DNA of 57,625 bases from a virus (Duplodnaviria; Caudoviricetes). Position 1 is the first letter of the stretch, and every line of letters starts with the position of its first letter. The notes under the pieces were generated by a model. The model was not told the origin of the DNA. It ran no database searches and saw nothing but the letters and a program-made list of their open reading frames with translations. Where the stretch lies: IMG/VR virus record IMGVR_UViG_3300036770_005327, positions 1 through 57,625 of that record; one strand, 5' to 3'. This document shows, one piece after another, positions 57,468-57,625 of this stretch. Made by a program: the position numbers and the translations under genes.

Positions 57468-57625
57468 TTATCGTTTTCCTACACCAATAATAAGCCAGCC
57501 GTCCCGATCTGTGATGGGCTCAGGGTGTCCAGGAAGAAACTTATTCCGTACCCCTGTAGCCTTGATATAAGCATGATATGTTTTCGTTAGGCCCGAGCCG
57601 GCAGAGCCAAATGCGGCAACATATC
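57468..57625 (-). CDS. C-terminal end of the tail tip protein (continuation of 1-2579)
   Basis: In-frame ...HPEPITDRDGWLIIGVGKR* with TAA at 57470-57468. Confidence 0.75.
   Translation of the reverse strand, partial: YVAAFGSAGSGLTKTYHAYIKATGVRNKFLPGHPEPITDRDGWLIIGVGKR
57499..57625. repeat. Terminal direct repeat copy 2 (circular assembly overlap)
   Basis: Identical to 1-127. Confidence 0.97.

Noticed and set aside
57499-57625. 127-bp terminal repeat as a biological phage DTR
   Set aside because: The length equals a common assembler k-mer and it falls inside a CDS; it shows circularity, not packaging ends

Overview
Complete circular phage-plasmid of about 57.5 kb. Positions 1-127 are identical to 57499-57625, an assembly overlap, so the unique length is 57,498 bp. 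The virion module (minus strand, wrapping through the origin) follows the gene order and protein sizes of short-tailed 933W/Stx2-type phages, without toxin genes: Q-like antiterminator, lysis genes, terminases, portal, scaffold, DUF4043/N4-gp56 capsid, tail genes, ejection proteins and a 4304-aa polyvalent DarB-like protein. Plasmid functions sit beside it: an IncFII-like RepA with a predicted antisense RNA and downstream origin, type Ib ParA plus a small partner, a serine resolvase with res sites, and a tyrosine integrase. Reading the intergenic DNA shows two repeated motif systems. The first is a paired TCAWWWTGA box (20-bp period) at six promoters. The second is a GWAWTWC heptad array (11-bp period) at three loci. 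Accessory highlights are two tandem DUF2829/Tad2-like sponges and a three-gene cassette (FlgM-like leader peptide, multi-pass membrane protein, HTH-like protein) that may be an undescribed signalling module. All family calls come from motifs recognised by eye; no searches were run.
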